Under the pieces are notes generated by a model. That model had not been told where the DNA came from. It saw only the letters and a list, made by a program, of their open reading frames with translations, and made no database searches. DNA of 22,587 nt from Chthoniobacteraceae bacterium (GTDB lineage: Bacteria > Verrucomicrobiota > Verrucomicrobiia > Chthoniobacterales > Chthoniobacteraceae): contig JANNWY010000326.1 in assembly GCA_031409335.1 (NCBI GenBank), positions 1-22,587 of the forward strand. The letters run 5' to 3'. Below, piece after piece: positions 6,918 through 14,282 of this stretch (position 1 is the first letter of the stretch; the number at the start of each line of letters is the position of its first letter). The position numbers were made by a program, and so were the translations under genes.

Positions 6918-8345
6918 GTGCAAATCCGAAAGGCGGTCTCCGCGGTCGTCGTTTCTGGCTGGCGACTCTTCGTTCTGCTGTGCGCCGCGACCTGCCTCGG
7001 CGCGCCACCGCCGAATATCGTCGTCGTCCTCGCCGACCAATGGCGCGCGCAAGCGTTCGGCTTCGCGGGCGATCCGAATGTCCACACGCCGAACTTCGAC
7101 CGCCTCGCGGGTGAAAGCGTGCGCTTCATCAATGCCGTCGCCGGAATGCCCGTCTGCTCGCCCACGCGCGCCTCGCTCCTCACCGGCCAGCGCCCGCTCA
7201 CGCACGGCGTTTTTCTCAATGACGTGCCGCTCAATCCCGACGCCGTCACGCTCCCGAAAACGCTCAAAGCCGCCGGCTACGAAACCGGCGCGATCGGCAA
7301 GTGGCACATCGACGGGCACGGCCGCTCGAACTTCATCCCGCGCGAACGACGGCAGGGCTTCGACTATTGGAAGGTGCTCGAATGCACCCATAACTACACC
7401 GACTCCATCTACTACGGCGACACATCGGAAAAACTCCAGTGGTCCGGCTACGACGCGCTCGATCAAACCCGCGACGCCTGCGAGTTTCTGCGCGCGCGAG
7501 AGAAATCCGAAAAACCCTTTCTGCTCTGGCTCGCGTGGGGTCCGCCGCACGATCCCTATCTCACCGCGCCTGAGAAATATCGCGCGATGTATCGTCCCGA
7601 AACGCTGAAGCTGCGTCCGAACGTGCCCGCAAATATCGAGCCGGAAGTCCGCAAGAAACTCGCCGGCTACTACGCCCACTGTTCCGCGCTCGACGACGCC
7701 ATCGGCCAGCTCCTCGAGACACTCCGCGAAAGCGGCCTCGCCGAAAACACCATCCTCGTCTTCAGCTCCGACCACGGCGACATGCTCGGCTCGCAGGGTT
7801 TGTGGAAAAAGCAAAAGCCCTTCGACGAATCCGCGCGCGTTCCCTTCCTCATTCGCTGGCCTGCCGCGCTGGGGAAAACGGCGCGTCAGCTTGATGCGCC
7901 CATCGGTTCCGAAGACCTCATGCCCACGCTCCTCGGCCTCGCCGGAGTCGCGATTCCAAAGACCGTCGAGGGCCATGATTTCAGCGCGCACCTCCGCGGC
8001 GGCCCCGCGCCCGGCGCTGGCGCGACGTTGCTCTCGTGCGTCGCGCCATTCGGTGAATTCGAGCGAAAAAATGGCGGCAAGGAATATCGCGCCATCCGCA
8101 CGACTCGCCACACCTACGTCCGCGACCTCACCGGCCCGTGGCTCCTTTTCGACAACGAAACCGATCCCTACCAGCAGCGCAATTTAGTCAACACGCCCGA
8201 AGCCGCGACCATCCAAGCGACGTTCGACATCCAGCTTCAAAGCCGGCTCCGCGCAAACGGTGATGCCTTCCTCCCCGCCGCCGAGCACATCGCGCAGTGG
8301 GGTTGGAAAGTGAACCCGCAGGGCACCGTGCCGTACACGCCGTGA
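6918..8345 (+). CDS. Formylglycine-dependent (Cys-type) sulfatase, exported
   Basis: PNIVVVLADQ, CSPTRASLLTG (CxPxR), GYETGAIGKWH, PPHDP, SSDHG, and a signal-like N-terminus. Confidence 0.95.
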   Translation: MQIRKAVSAVVVSGWRLFVLLCAATCLGAPPPNIVVVLADQWRAQAFGFAGDPNVHTPNFDRLAGESVRFINAVAGMPVCSPTRASLLTGQRPLTHGVFLNDVPLNPDAVTLPKTLKAAGYETGAIGKWHIDGHGRSNFIPRERRQGFDYWKVLECTHNYTDSIYYGDTSEKLQWSGYDALDQTRDACEFLRAREKSEKPFLLWLAWGPPHDPYLTAPEKYRAMYRPETLKLRPNVPANIEPEVRKKLAGYYAHCSALDDAIGQLLETLRESGLAENTILVFSSDHGDMLGSQGLWKKQKPFDESARVPFLIRWPAALGKTARQLDAPIGSEDLMPTLLGLAGVAIPKTVEGHDFSAHLRGGPAPGAGATLLSCVAPFGEFERKNGGKEYRAIRTTRHTYVRDLTGPWLLFDNETDPYQQRNLVNTPEAATIQATFDIQLQSRLRANGDAFLPAAEHIAQWGWKVNPQGTVPYTP

Positions 8346-8350
8346 TCGCC

Positions 8351-9265
8351 CTACCGGTTCGCGAACGCTTCATTCAGCATCCGCGCCAGCCGATACCCTC
8401 CGAGGGCGATTCTCCGCTCCGCGATCTCGCGCGATTTTGCGGCAAAGGCTCCGGTCAGCGCGACGACGTGATTGTCGCTCGGCTGAAAGTCGGCGGGGTA
8501 GCCTGAGAGGCAGCCGAGCCGGTGGCTTTCGCGCGCCCATTCGACGGCATCCATTTTCCCAATCTCCGCCGCCAGCGATTCCGCGGGGAACGCCGCCATG
8601 ATTTTCGCGGCGCGTTCCGCGATGATGCCGTCCTCGGCATTCACCGGACGTTCAGCCGTGGGCGGGCATTTCCAAAGCTCGACGATCTTTTCGCCGTCCT
8701 TGTCGAAGCGAAACGCCTTGTCCCAAAAGGCATGGAGATTTGCCTTCGAGCCGGGCCAGAGATCGGTGAAAGGGACGCCGACGATGAAGACGCCGTTGCC
8801 GCCGCGGTCGCCACGTTCGGTGGCGTGCATCGGCTGGTGAATGTCGGCGACGAAGTGCATGATCATCGCCAGCGCCTCGGCAGCTTTGTCTGGAGCAGGA
8901 TTCGCGGTCTTCAGCGTTTTCAGCGATTCGTCGATTGCCCAGATCACGTGCGGCGGCTCGGGGACGGTGAAAGCGACGCCGTCCGCAGTCCACGGTGCAT
9001 TCACGTAATGCCACTTAGACCATGCGTAGTCTTTTTTCGAGCGCATGTCGTCCATCCAGCAGCCGATGGTGATGAAGTTGTAGGGATGTTTTTCGTTGTA
9101 AGTGTTTTCGAGCTTTGCCGCGAGTTCCTGCACGCGGGCGCGCACCGCGGGTGTCGTGTGAGCCCACGCGATCTGGTCCACGAGCATGTGGCCGGCGGGA
9201 TCCCACGCGTGCGCGTTTGCGGAAACGGCGAGCGCGGCGGCAAGCAATGTTCGCACGCGGCTCAC
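8351..9265 (-). CDS. S1/P1 family nuclease, exported
   Basis: A signal peptide is followed by the mature N-terminal W-x-x-x-G-H (WDPAGH), then WMDD, WHYVN, HFVADIHQPMH, DRGGN, NLHAFWD and GGYRLA. The GTG start overlaps the upstream stop (GTGA). Confidence 0.93.
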   Translation of the reverse strand: MSRVRTLLAAALAVSANAHAWDPAGHMLVDQIAWAHTTPAVRARVQELAAKLENTYNEKHPYNFITIGCWMDDMRSKKDYAWSKWHYVNAPWTADGVAFTVPEPPHVIWAIDESLKTLKTANPAPDKAAEALAMIMHFVADIHQPMHATERGDRGGNGVFIVGVPFTDLWPGSKANLHAFWDKAFRFDKDGEKIVELWKCPPTAERPVNAEDGIIAERAAKIMAAFPAESLAAEIGKMDAVEWARESHRLGCLSGYPADFQPSDNHVVALTGAFAAKSREIAERRIALGGYRLARMLNEAFANR

Positions 9266-9663
9266 GGTTGAATTTGGATTTGATCGAGCTTGTCGATCTT
9301 GATTTGCAGCGCGTCGTTGTAGATGCCGACCGTGCCGCTCACGCGCACTTTTTTCCCGACAAATGGTTCGAGCTTTTCCTTCGAGAATTCATCGCCGCTT
9401 TTGCCCACGACGAAGACGAGCGAGATCGTTTCCTTGTAGTTCCGTGAAAAATTGAGGTAGCGGATGCTGGCTGTTTTGTTTTCACCCTGCGCGGCGATGG
9501 TCCCTTCGACGACGACGGGTTTGCCGAGTTGTTCCTTGAGCTTTTCGAGATCCTTTGGTGCGAAGACGGTGGCGTCCGGTGTCGTCGCGGGCGTGGCGGG
9601 TTTATCCTCGGCGAACGCCGGAGCGGCGAGTGCGATTGCGAGCAGCAGCGGGTGAAGTTTCAT
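9262..9663 (-). CDS. Small exported OB-fold-like protein
   Basis: Signal peptide MKLHPLLLAIALAAPAFA; the pattern GKPVVVEGTI..YLNF..GKKVRVSGTVGIYNDALQIKI is typical of OB-fold nucleic-acid-binding domains. Confidence 0.75.
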   Translation of the reverse strand: MKLHPLLLAIALAAPAFAEDKPATPATTPDATVFAPKDLEKLKEQLGKPVVVEGTIAAQGENKTASIRYLNFSRNYKETISLVFVVGKSGDEFSKEKLEPFVGKKVRVSGTVGIYNDALQIKIDKLDQIQIQP

Positions 9664-9741
9664 GTCGCGATGCTACGCGTTTGCCCGCGCGAAACCAGAA
9701 TTACCGCGCCGCATTCAGCGCAGGACGATTCGTCGAACGGA

Positions 9742-10866
9742 CTACTTCGTGCCGGGAAGTTTTAGGATATTCGTCGTATGCCCGTCGCGAACGGCCAGGG
9801 TGCTGAGCGTTCGCTTCAGCTTTGCCTCATCGTCTGCGTTTGCGGGTAGTGCGTCTTTTTGAAACACGGCAAGCAGTTTTTCCCACACGATGTTTAGCTC
9901 CGCCTGCATGTCTTTCGTGTCGGCGGTGATGACCACCACGGCGTCCTGCTCGGGCAGCACGATGCAAAATTGCCCGAACGCGCCATCGCCGCGATACGCG
10001 CCGTGGCGGCACCGCCAGAATTGGAAACCGTAGCCCTGATCCCAATCCTTCGTCGGATCGCTGCCGTTCGAGACTTGCTTCGCGGTGGCCTGCTCGATCC
10101 ACGTCGCGGGGATGAGATCTTTTCCGTTCCACTGTCCCTTTTGCAAGTAAAGCTGGCCGAATTTCGCGATGTCCTCCGTTTTCAAAAGCAGCCCCCAACC
10201 GCCGGCGGAAATCCCCTGCGGGCTCGCCATCCACTCCGCGCCCTCGATGCCGAGCGGCTCGAACAGCCGCGGACGCAAATAGTCGAGTACAGTCGCGCCC
10301 GTCAGATTTTGCACGATGGCCGAACACATGTACGTGCCGGGCGAGTTGTAGAGAAAGTGCGTGCCAGGCTTGTGCTCGACCGGGTGCGCGAGAAACGTTT
10401 TCACCCACGGTTCATCGGGTGTGAAGTTCGGTGCGGTTTGGTGACCGGTGGACATCGTGAGCAGGTCGCGCACACGCATCGCCTTGAGTTTATCCGAAGG
10501 CTGCGCGGGCGCGTCTTCCGGGAAAAATTTCAGCACCGGATCGTCAATGCTCAACTTCCCCTCCGCGACCGCAAGGCCGACGGCGGTCGAGCAAAAGCTC
10601 TTGCTCAAAGAGTGCATCACATGCGGCTTCTCCGCCGACTCCGGTTTCCACCAACCCTCGGCGATGACCTGCCCATGCCGCACGAGCATGAAGCTGTGCA
10701 TCGTATCGACCTGCGCATCCGCGGCCTCGACAAATGCGCGGATGTCCGCGGAGGAAACGCCCTGCGCCTCCGGCGTGCTTCGCGGCAGCGGAGCGGCGGC
10801 GCTGGTGAAAGGAAACGCGGCCAGCAGAGCGGCGGCGATGATGAGTCGTGGTGGTGTTTGATTCAT
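9742..10866 (-). CDS. Exported serine hydrolase (beta-lactamase class C / 6-aminohexanoate-dimer hydrolase-like)
   Basis: SLSK (SxxK), DLLTMSTG, FLYNS, LFEPLGI, YGFQFW, RGDGAFGQ, plus a signal peptide. Confidence 0.92.
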   Translation of the reverse strand: MNQTPPRLIIAAALLAAFPFTSAAAPLPRSTPEAQGVSSADIRAFVEAADAQVDTMHSFMLVRHGQVIAEGWWKPESAEKPHVMHSLSKSFCSTAVGLAVAEGKLSIDDPVLKFFPEDAPAQPSDKLKAMRVRDLLTMSTGHQTAPNFTPDEPWVKTFLAHPVEHKPGTHFLYNSPGTYMCSAIVQNLTGATVLDYLRPRLFEPLGIEGAEWMASPQGISAGGWGLLLKTEDIAKFGQLYLQKGQWNGKDLIPATWIEQATAKQVSNGSDPTKDWDQGYGFQFWRCRHGAYRGDGAFGQFCIVLPEQDAVVVITADTKDMQAELNIVWEKLLAVFQKDALPANADDEAKLKRTLSTLAVRDGHTTNILKLPGTK

Positions 10867-10873
10867 GGGAGGG

Positions 10874-12265
10874 CTACTCGCCGACGAGCCAGTCCGCGAG
10901 CGTCGTCAGGTTTTCGGTGAAAACTTCGCTGGCGAGAAACTTCATGCCGTCGGCGAATTTTGGCTGGCCCGTGAGATCCTTCACCGGCGCGGTGCTCACC
11001 CAGCGGCCTTCGGCGTCGAGCGCGGCGAGGATCGCGGTCACGCGCGTGGCCTCGGGTTTTTTCGCGGACGGTGCCTTGAGCTTGCCAGCTTTGGCTTTCG
11101 CGAAATCGCGTTCGAGCGCGTCCAGCTTCGATTCGCTCGTCCAGCCGTAATGCTTCGGCGCGTGCGCCGGGTCGTGGGTGAGTTCGTAGGCAGCCGTCAT
11201 GTAGAGCGGCTGATTCGTTTTCAGTTCGTAAAAGCGCGCGAGTTTTCCCTCCGGCAGCAGCGAGCGGCGCAGCCACGCGAGCGCGCGCGGCACGGGTTCG
11301 AGATACTTTGCCTCGCCGCTGAAACGGTGAACGTGCAGCAGCGTCCGCAGCGCATCCTGCGACTCACGCCCGACGACGGCGGGCGGCTCGAATTTCCGCG
11401 CCCAGATCGGCCGCATCGCGTGATCGTACTGCTGCGCCCACGCGGGCTGCGGCTCGGGCAATTGCGCGAGTCGCAGGAAATCGCCGAGCGAGAGCAGCGC
11501 CGCGCTGCATTTTTCATCGCGATAAATTTCCCAGCCATCCTCGAGCGTGCGCGCGACAGTGCCGCACAGGCCGTCGTTCAGCGTCGGCATGTCCCAATAG
11601 TTTTTGATGCGGTTTTCCACGCGCCAATCGTAGTCGGGGAAGGTCGCCTGCACCGCCGGATACTCCGCCGTCGGCCCGCTCCAGCTCTGCGGAAAGCCGC
11701 CATTCCGGTGCTGCGCCGCGAGCAGCGAACGCCGCGCAAACTCCGCCGCCTCGTGGATGCCCGCGTGCTTGAACGCGAGCGCGCGATCCACGCGCATGAG
11801 GAAACTCAGCGCCACCTGCGTCGTCCCGTCGTCGAGCGACGATACATTTTTTCCGCGCGCCTTGCCGTTCCGATACTGCCCGGCCTTCGCGCCCGTCGGA
11901 TCGAAATCAATCGCCTGCGCCCAGCCGCCGCTTTCGAGCTGGCCGAAAACGAGCGCCTCCGCCGCCGCGCGCGCTGCTTCGAGAAAGAAGGCGTCGCCCG
12001 TCGCCGCGTGCGCGCGCAGCAGCGCCAGCCCGACCGTCGGCGTGCCCGGCGGCTGCACGAAAATCTGCTCCGCCGTCGCCACGCCCTCGCCCCACCGCCC
12101 CGCGAAATCGAGCGAGTAGTAAAACACGTAGCCGCCGTGCGAGGCTGCCTTCGCCTGGAAAAATTGCGCCGCCTTTTTCATCGCCGCAGCGACCTCCGCG
12201 CGCGACGGCTCCGCGCTGGCGAGGACGGGGCAAAGCAGCGCGGCCAGGGCAGGGAGGATTTTCAT
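10874..12265 (-). CDS. Pectate lyase-like protein (PL10 / Pec_lyase-type alpha/alpha barrel), exported
   Basis: QLESGGW, DDGTT, AQHRNGGFPQ, TLNDG, WAQQYD and ARKFEPPA..ES resemble PL10 motifs. The start is placed at ATG 12265 (MKILPALAALLCPVLASA signal); the ORF-track extension to 12466 is repeat-derived. Confidence 0.75.
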   Translation of the reverse strand: MKILPALAALLCPVLASAEPSRAEVAAAMKKAAQFFQAKAASHGGYVFYYSLDFAGRWGEGVATAEQIFVQPPGTPTVGLALLRAHAATGDAFFLEAARAAAEALVFGQLESGGWAQAIDFDPTGAKAGQYRNGKARGKNVSSLDDGTTQVALSFLMRVDRALAFKHAGIHEAAEFARRSLLAAQHRNGGFPQSWSGPTAEYPAVQATFPDYDWRVENRIKNYWDMPTLNDGLCGTVARTLEDGWEIYRDEKCSAALLSLGDFLRLAQLPEPQPAWAQQYDHAMRPIWARKFEPPAVVGRESQDALRTLLHVHRFSGEAKYLEPVPRALAWLRRSLLPEGKLARFYELKTNQPLYMTAAYELTHDPAHAPKHYGWTSESKLDALERDFAKAKAGKLKAPSAKKPEATRVTAILAALDAEGRWVSTAPVKDLTGQPKFADGMKFLASEVFTENLTTLADWLVGE

Positions 12266-12328
12266 GGCGGGTGAAAGCAGGATGTCCGAAGCCCGGCAAA
12301 AGGCCAGCCCGGCGGAAGGACCGTTGCC

Positions 12329-12513
12329 AGCATCCTGTTGAAAAACCTCGCGGCGAATTCCGAATCTTGCTCCTGCTCCTGCTCTTGATCTTGATCTCAC
12401 TTCGTGGGCCAATCGCGCTGTGCGACGAAAGATCAGGAGCAAGAGCAAGAGCAGGAGCAGGAGCAAGAGCGGAGGGCCGGAAGGGGAATGCGCGGACTAT
12501 TCAACAGGCTGCT
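12329..12513. mobile_element. 185-bp MITE-like element with 14-bp terminal inverted repeats and internal inverted hexamer tracts
   Basis: TIRs agcatcctgttgaa (12329-12342) and ttcaacaggctgct (12500-12513), 1 mismatch. Internal tracts (tcttgc/tcctgc/tcttga)n at 12365-12397 and the complementary (caggag/caagag)n at 12430-12469. Confidence 0.6.
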
Positions 12514-13990
12514 ACAGCCTCCGCAGCCGGAGGCCGCGCACCGCTCCGCTCGTGCGATAGGTCGCGAGTCCGAAGGGTTTCGAGAGTTCGATTTCGCCCG
12601 CGCGCATCGCGATGCGTTTTCCCTGAAGATCGAGATCCACTGCCTGCGCGTCGTCGATCCACGCTTCGAGCTTTTCCTTCGTCACCCGCACGCGGAGCTT
12701 GTACCAGCGGCCTTTCTCGAATTTCTTCGTCTGGCTCGTCTCGTTCTCGGAGGCGTCGTCGCCATTGATGTTGGAGATCCCGACTAGCGAGCCGCCCCAC
12801 CCGCCGACGACGAATGTGCAGTGGGATTCCCCGATTGGAAAAGTCAGCGCGCAGAAAAAGTCGCTGCCATCCACGCGCATTGCCTCGAATTCCACCTCGT
12901 AGTTTTCTTTCGGAATCTCGCCGGTGTAGTTCAGGCCTGTGATGTCGCTGCCCACGCCGAGCACGATGCGCCCGTCCTCCGCGGTCACTTCGCCCTGCCC
13001 GCCGAAGCCCGGATTTTTCCAGCCCGTGAGCGTTTTGCCGTCGAAAAGTGGCGTCCATTCCGCGCCCTTCGCCGCCGGAGTTTCGGCGAGTTCGCGCAAT
13101 TGCGCGAGGATCGGCGGCACCGCTATCCACGGGTCTTCCTTCGCTTCGTATTCGAGCGTCACCCAGCCTTGGTAGTTCGCTTCGCGGAGAATTCTCACGA
13201 TGCGCGCGAGGTCGGCGGATTCGTTCTCCTTCGCGCCCGCGCGCCGGATTTCCGTTTTGATCTGCACATTCACCGCATACGGCGCGCATTGCGCGAGGTC
13301 CGCGTACGGATCGGCTCCGTGAAAATTCCCGGTGTCGAGATTCACGCCGACCCACGGGCTCTTCACCGCCTTCACGATTTCCAGCAAACCCGCGGGCTCT
13401 GCCACGATGCCGCCGTGATTTTCGATGCCGAGGAGAACCCCGCGTCCGCCCGCGTACTCCGCGCATTCTTCGAGCGCCGCGATGCAGTTTCCCACAGCCT
13501 CTTCGCGCGGCTGATCCTTCCCTGGATTTCCCGCAAACACGCGGACGTGCGAAGCACCGAGCAGCGCGCAGCGATCCACCCATTGTTTCACGAGCGCGAT
13601 GTTTTTGTCCCGCTCCGGCCCGGCGGGATGCGTGAACGTATTTCCCACCGAACTCCCGCTGATCTCGACGCCGCGCAGGAACGCGTGGCGGCGTACCTTT
13701 CGTAAATAGTCGTCCGTCACATCCGCGGGAAAATAGTAGCTCGTGAGTTCCGCGCCCGCGCAGCCTTGCTCCGCGCAATAGTCGAGGAAGCCGAACATAT
13801 CGAGTTTGCCATCCGGGTTCACTTTGCCCTGCTGGTCCTTGAAAAAATCGCGGAACGAATATGCGGCGAGTCCGAGTGAGAGGCGCGCGGTGCCGCCGCG
13901 TTGAAACGGCTGGATCGCAAAGATGGAACGCATTGCGATGAGCGTGAGGCCGGAGAGGTGGAGGAAACGGCGGCGGGAAAAGGAAATCAT
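12512..13990 (-). CDS. Tat-exported sugar phosphate isomerase/epimerase (AP_endonuc_2 TIM barrel) fused to a C-terminal DUF1080 domain
   Basis: Twin-arginine motif SRRRFL. TIM barrel: AAYSFR..AELTSYYF..RVFAG..GIENHGG..NLDTGNF..QIK..TLEYE. After the AETPAAKGAE linker: WTPLFDGKTLTGW..NYEVEFE..GSDFFC..GGWGG..WYKLRV..G..RGLRLRRL (DUF1080). Confidence 0.88.
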   Translation of the reverse strand: MISFSRRRFLHLSGLTLIAMRSIFAIQPFQRGGTARLSLGLAAYSFRDFFKDQQGKVNPDGKLDMFGFLDYCAEQGCAGAELTSYYFPADVTDDYLRKVRRHAFLRGVEISGSSVGNTFTHPAGPERDKNIALVKQWVDRCALLGASHVRVFAGNPGKDQPREEAVGNCIAALEECAEYAGGRGVLLGIENHGGIVAEPAGLLEIVKAVKSPWVGVNLDTGNFHGADPYADLAQCAPYAVNVQIKTEIRRAGAKENESADLARIVRILREANYQGWVTLEYEAKEDPWIAVPPILAQLRELAETPAAKGAEWTPLFDGKTLTGWKNPGFGGQGEVTAEDGRIVLGVGSDITGLNYTGEIPKENYEVEFEAMRVDGSDFFCALTFPIGESHCTFVVGGWGGSLVGISNINGDDASENETSQTKKFEKGRWYKLRVRVTKEKLEAWIDDAQAVDLDLQGKRIAMRAGEIELSKPFGLATYRTSGAVRGLRLRRL

Positions 13991-14076
13991 GCGCCGAGTG
14001 TGAGCAATGCGCGGGAAAACGGGAAGCGCCGTTGCGCGAAGCTATGAGGCATGTTTTGAAACTCCGCCATCGGCAA

Positions 14077-14253
14077 GCCTGAAAGGCCGAAACAACCCAG
14101 CCCGAGCCAGCGCCCTGGGTCATCGATAGAAAGAAATGACAGCCCTGAAGGGGCGGGACAATTGCGGGATGTCCCGCCCTTTCAGGGCTGACACTGGTGG
14201 TTGATTGTTACCCAGGGCGTTGCCCTGGGCTGGGTTGTTTCAGCCTTTCAGGC
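14077..14253. repeat. 177-bp palindromic REP-like element (gccctgaaagggc-type)
   Basis: Outer arms gcctgaaaggccgaaacaacccagccc / gggctgggttgtttcagcctttcaggc; middle cgccctgggt / acccagggcg; inner stem cagccctgaaggggcgggaca / tgtcccgccctttcagggctg. Confidence 0.85.
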
Positions 14254-14282
14254 CCGCGGACGATCGAGTTTGCAAACACGCG

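Noticed and set aside
2463..10866. Calling the two SxxK proteins or the MBL-fold protein antibiotic-resistance genes
   Set aside because: The motifs fit broad hydrolase families, not true class C or class B beta-lactamases.
12266..12466. ORF-track N-terminal extension (MLLLLLLLLLL...) of the pectate lyase
   Set aside because: The poly-Leu is just the translated hexamer repeat; the ATG at 12265 gives a proper signal peptide.
12271..12787. + strand ORFs with QEQEQE / LLLLLL / ARAGAG runs
   Set aside because: They are translations of the microsatellite palindrome and run antisense to a well-supported gene.
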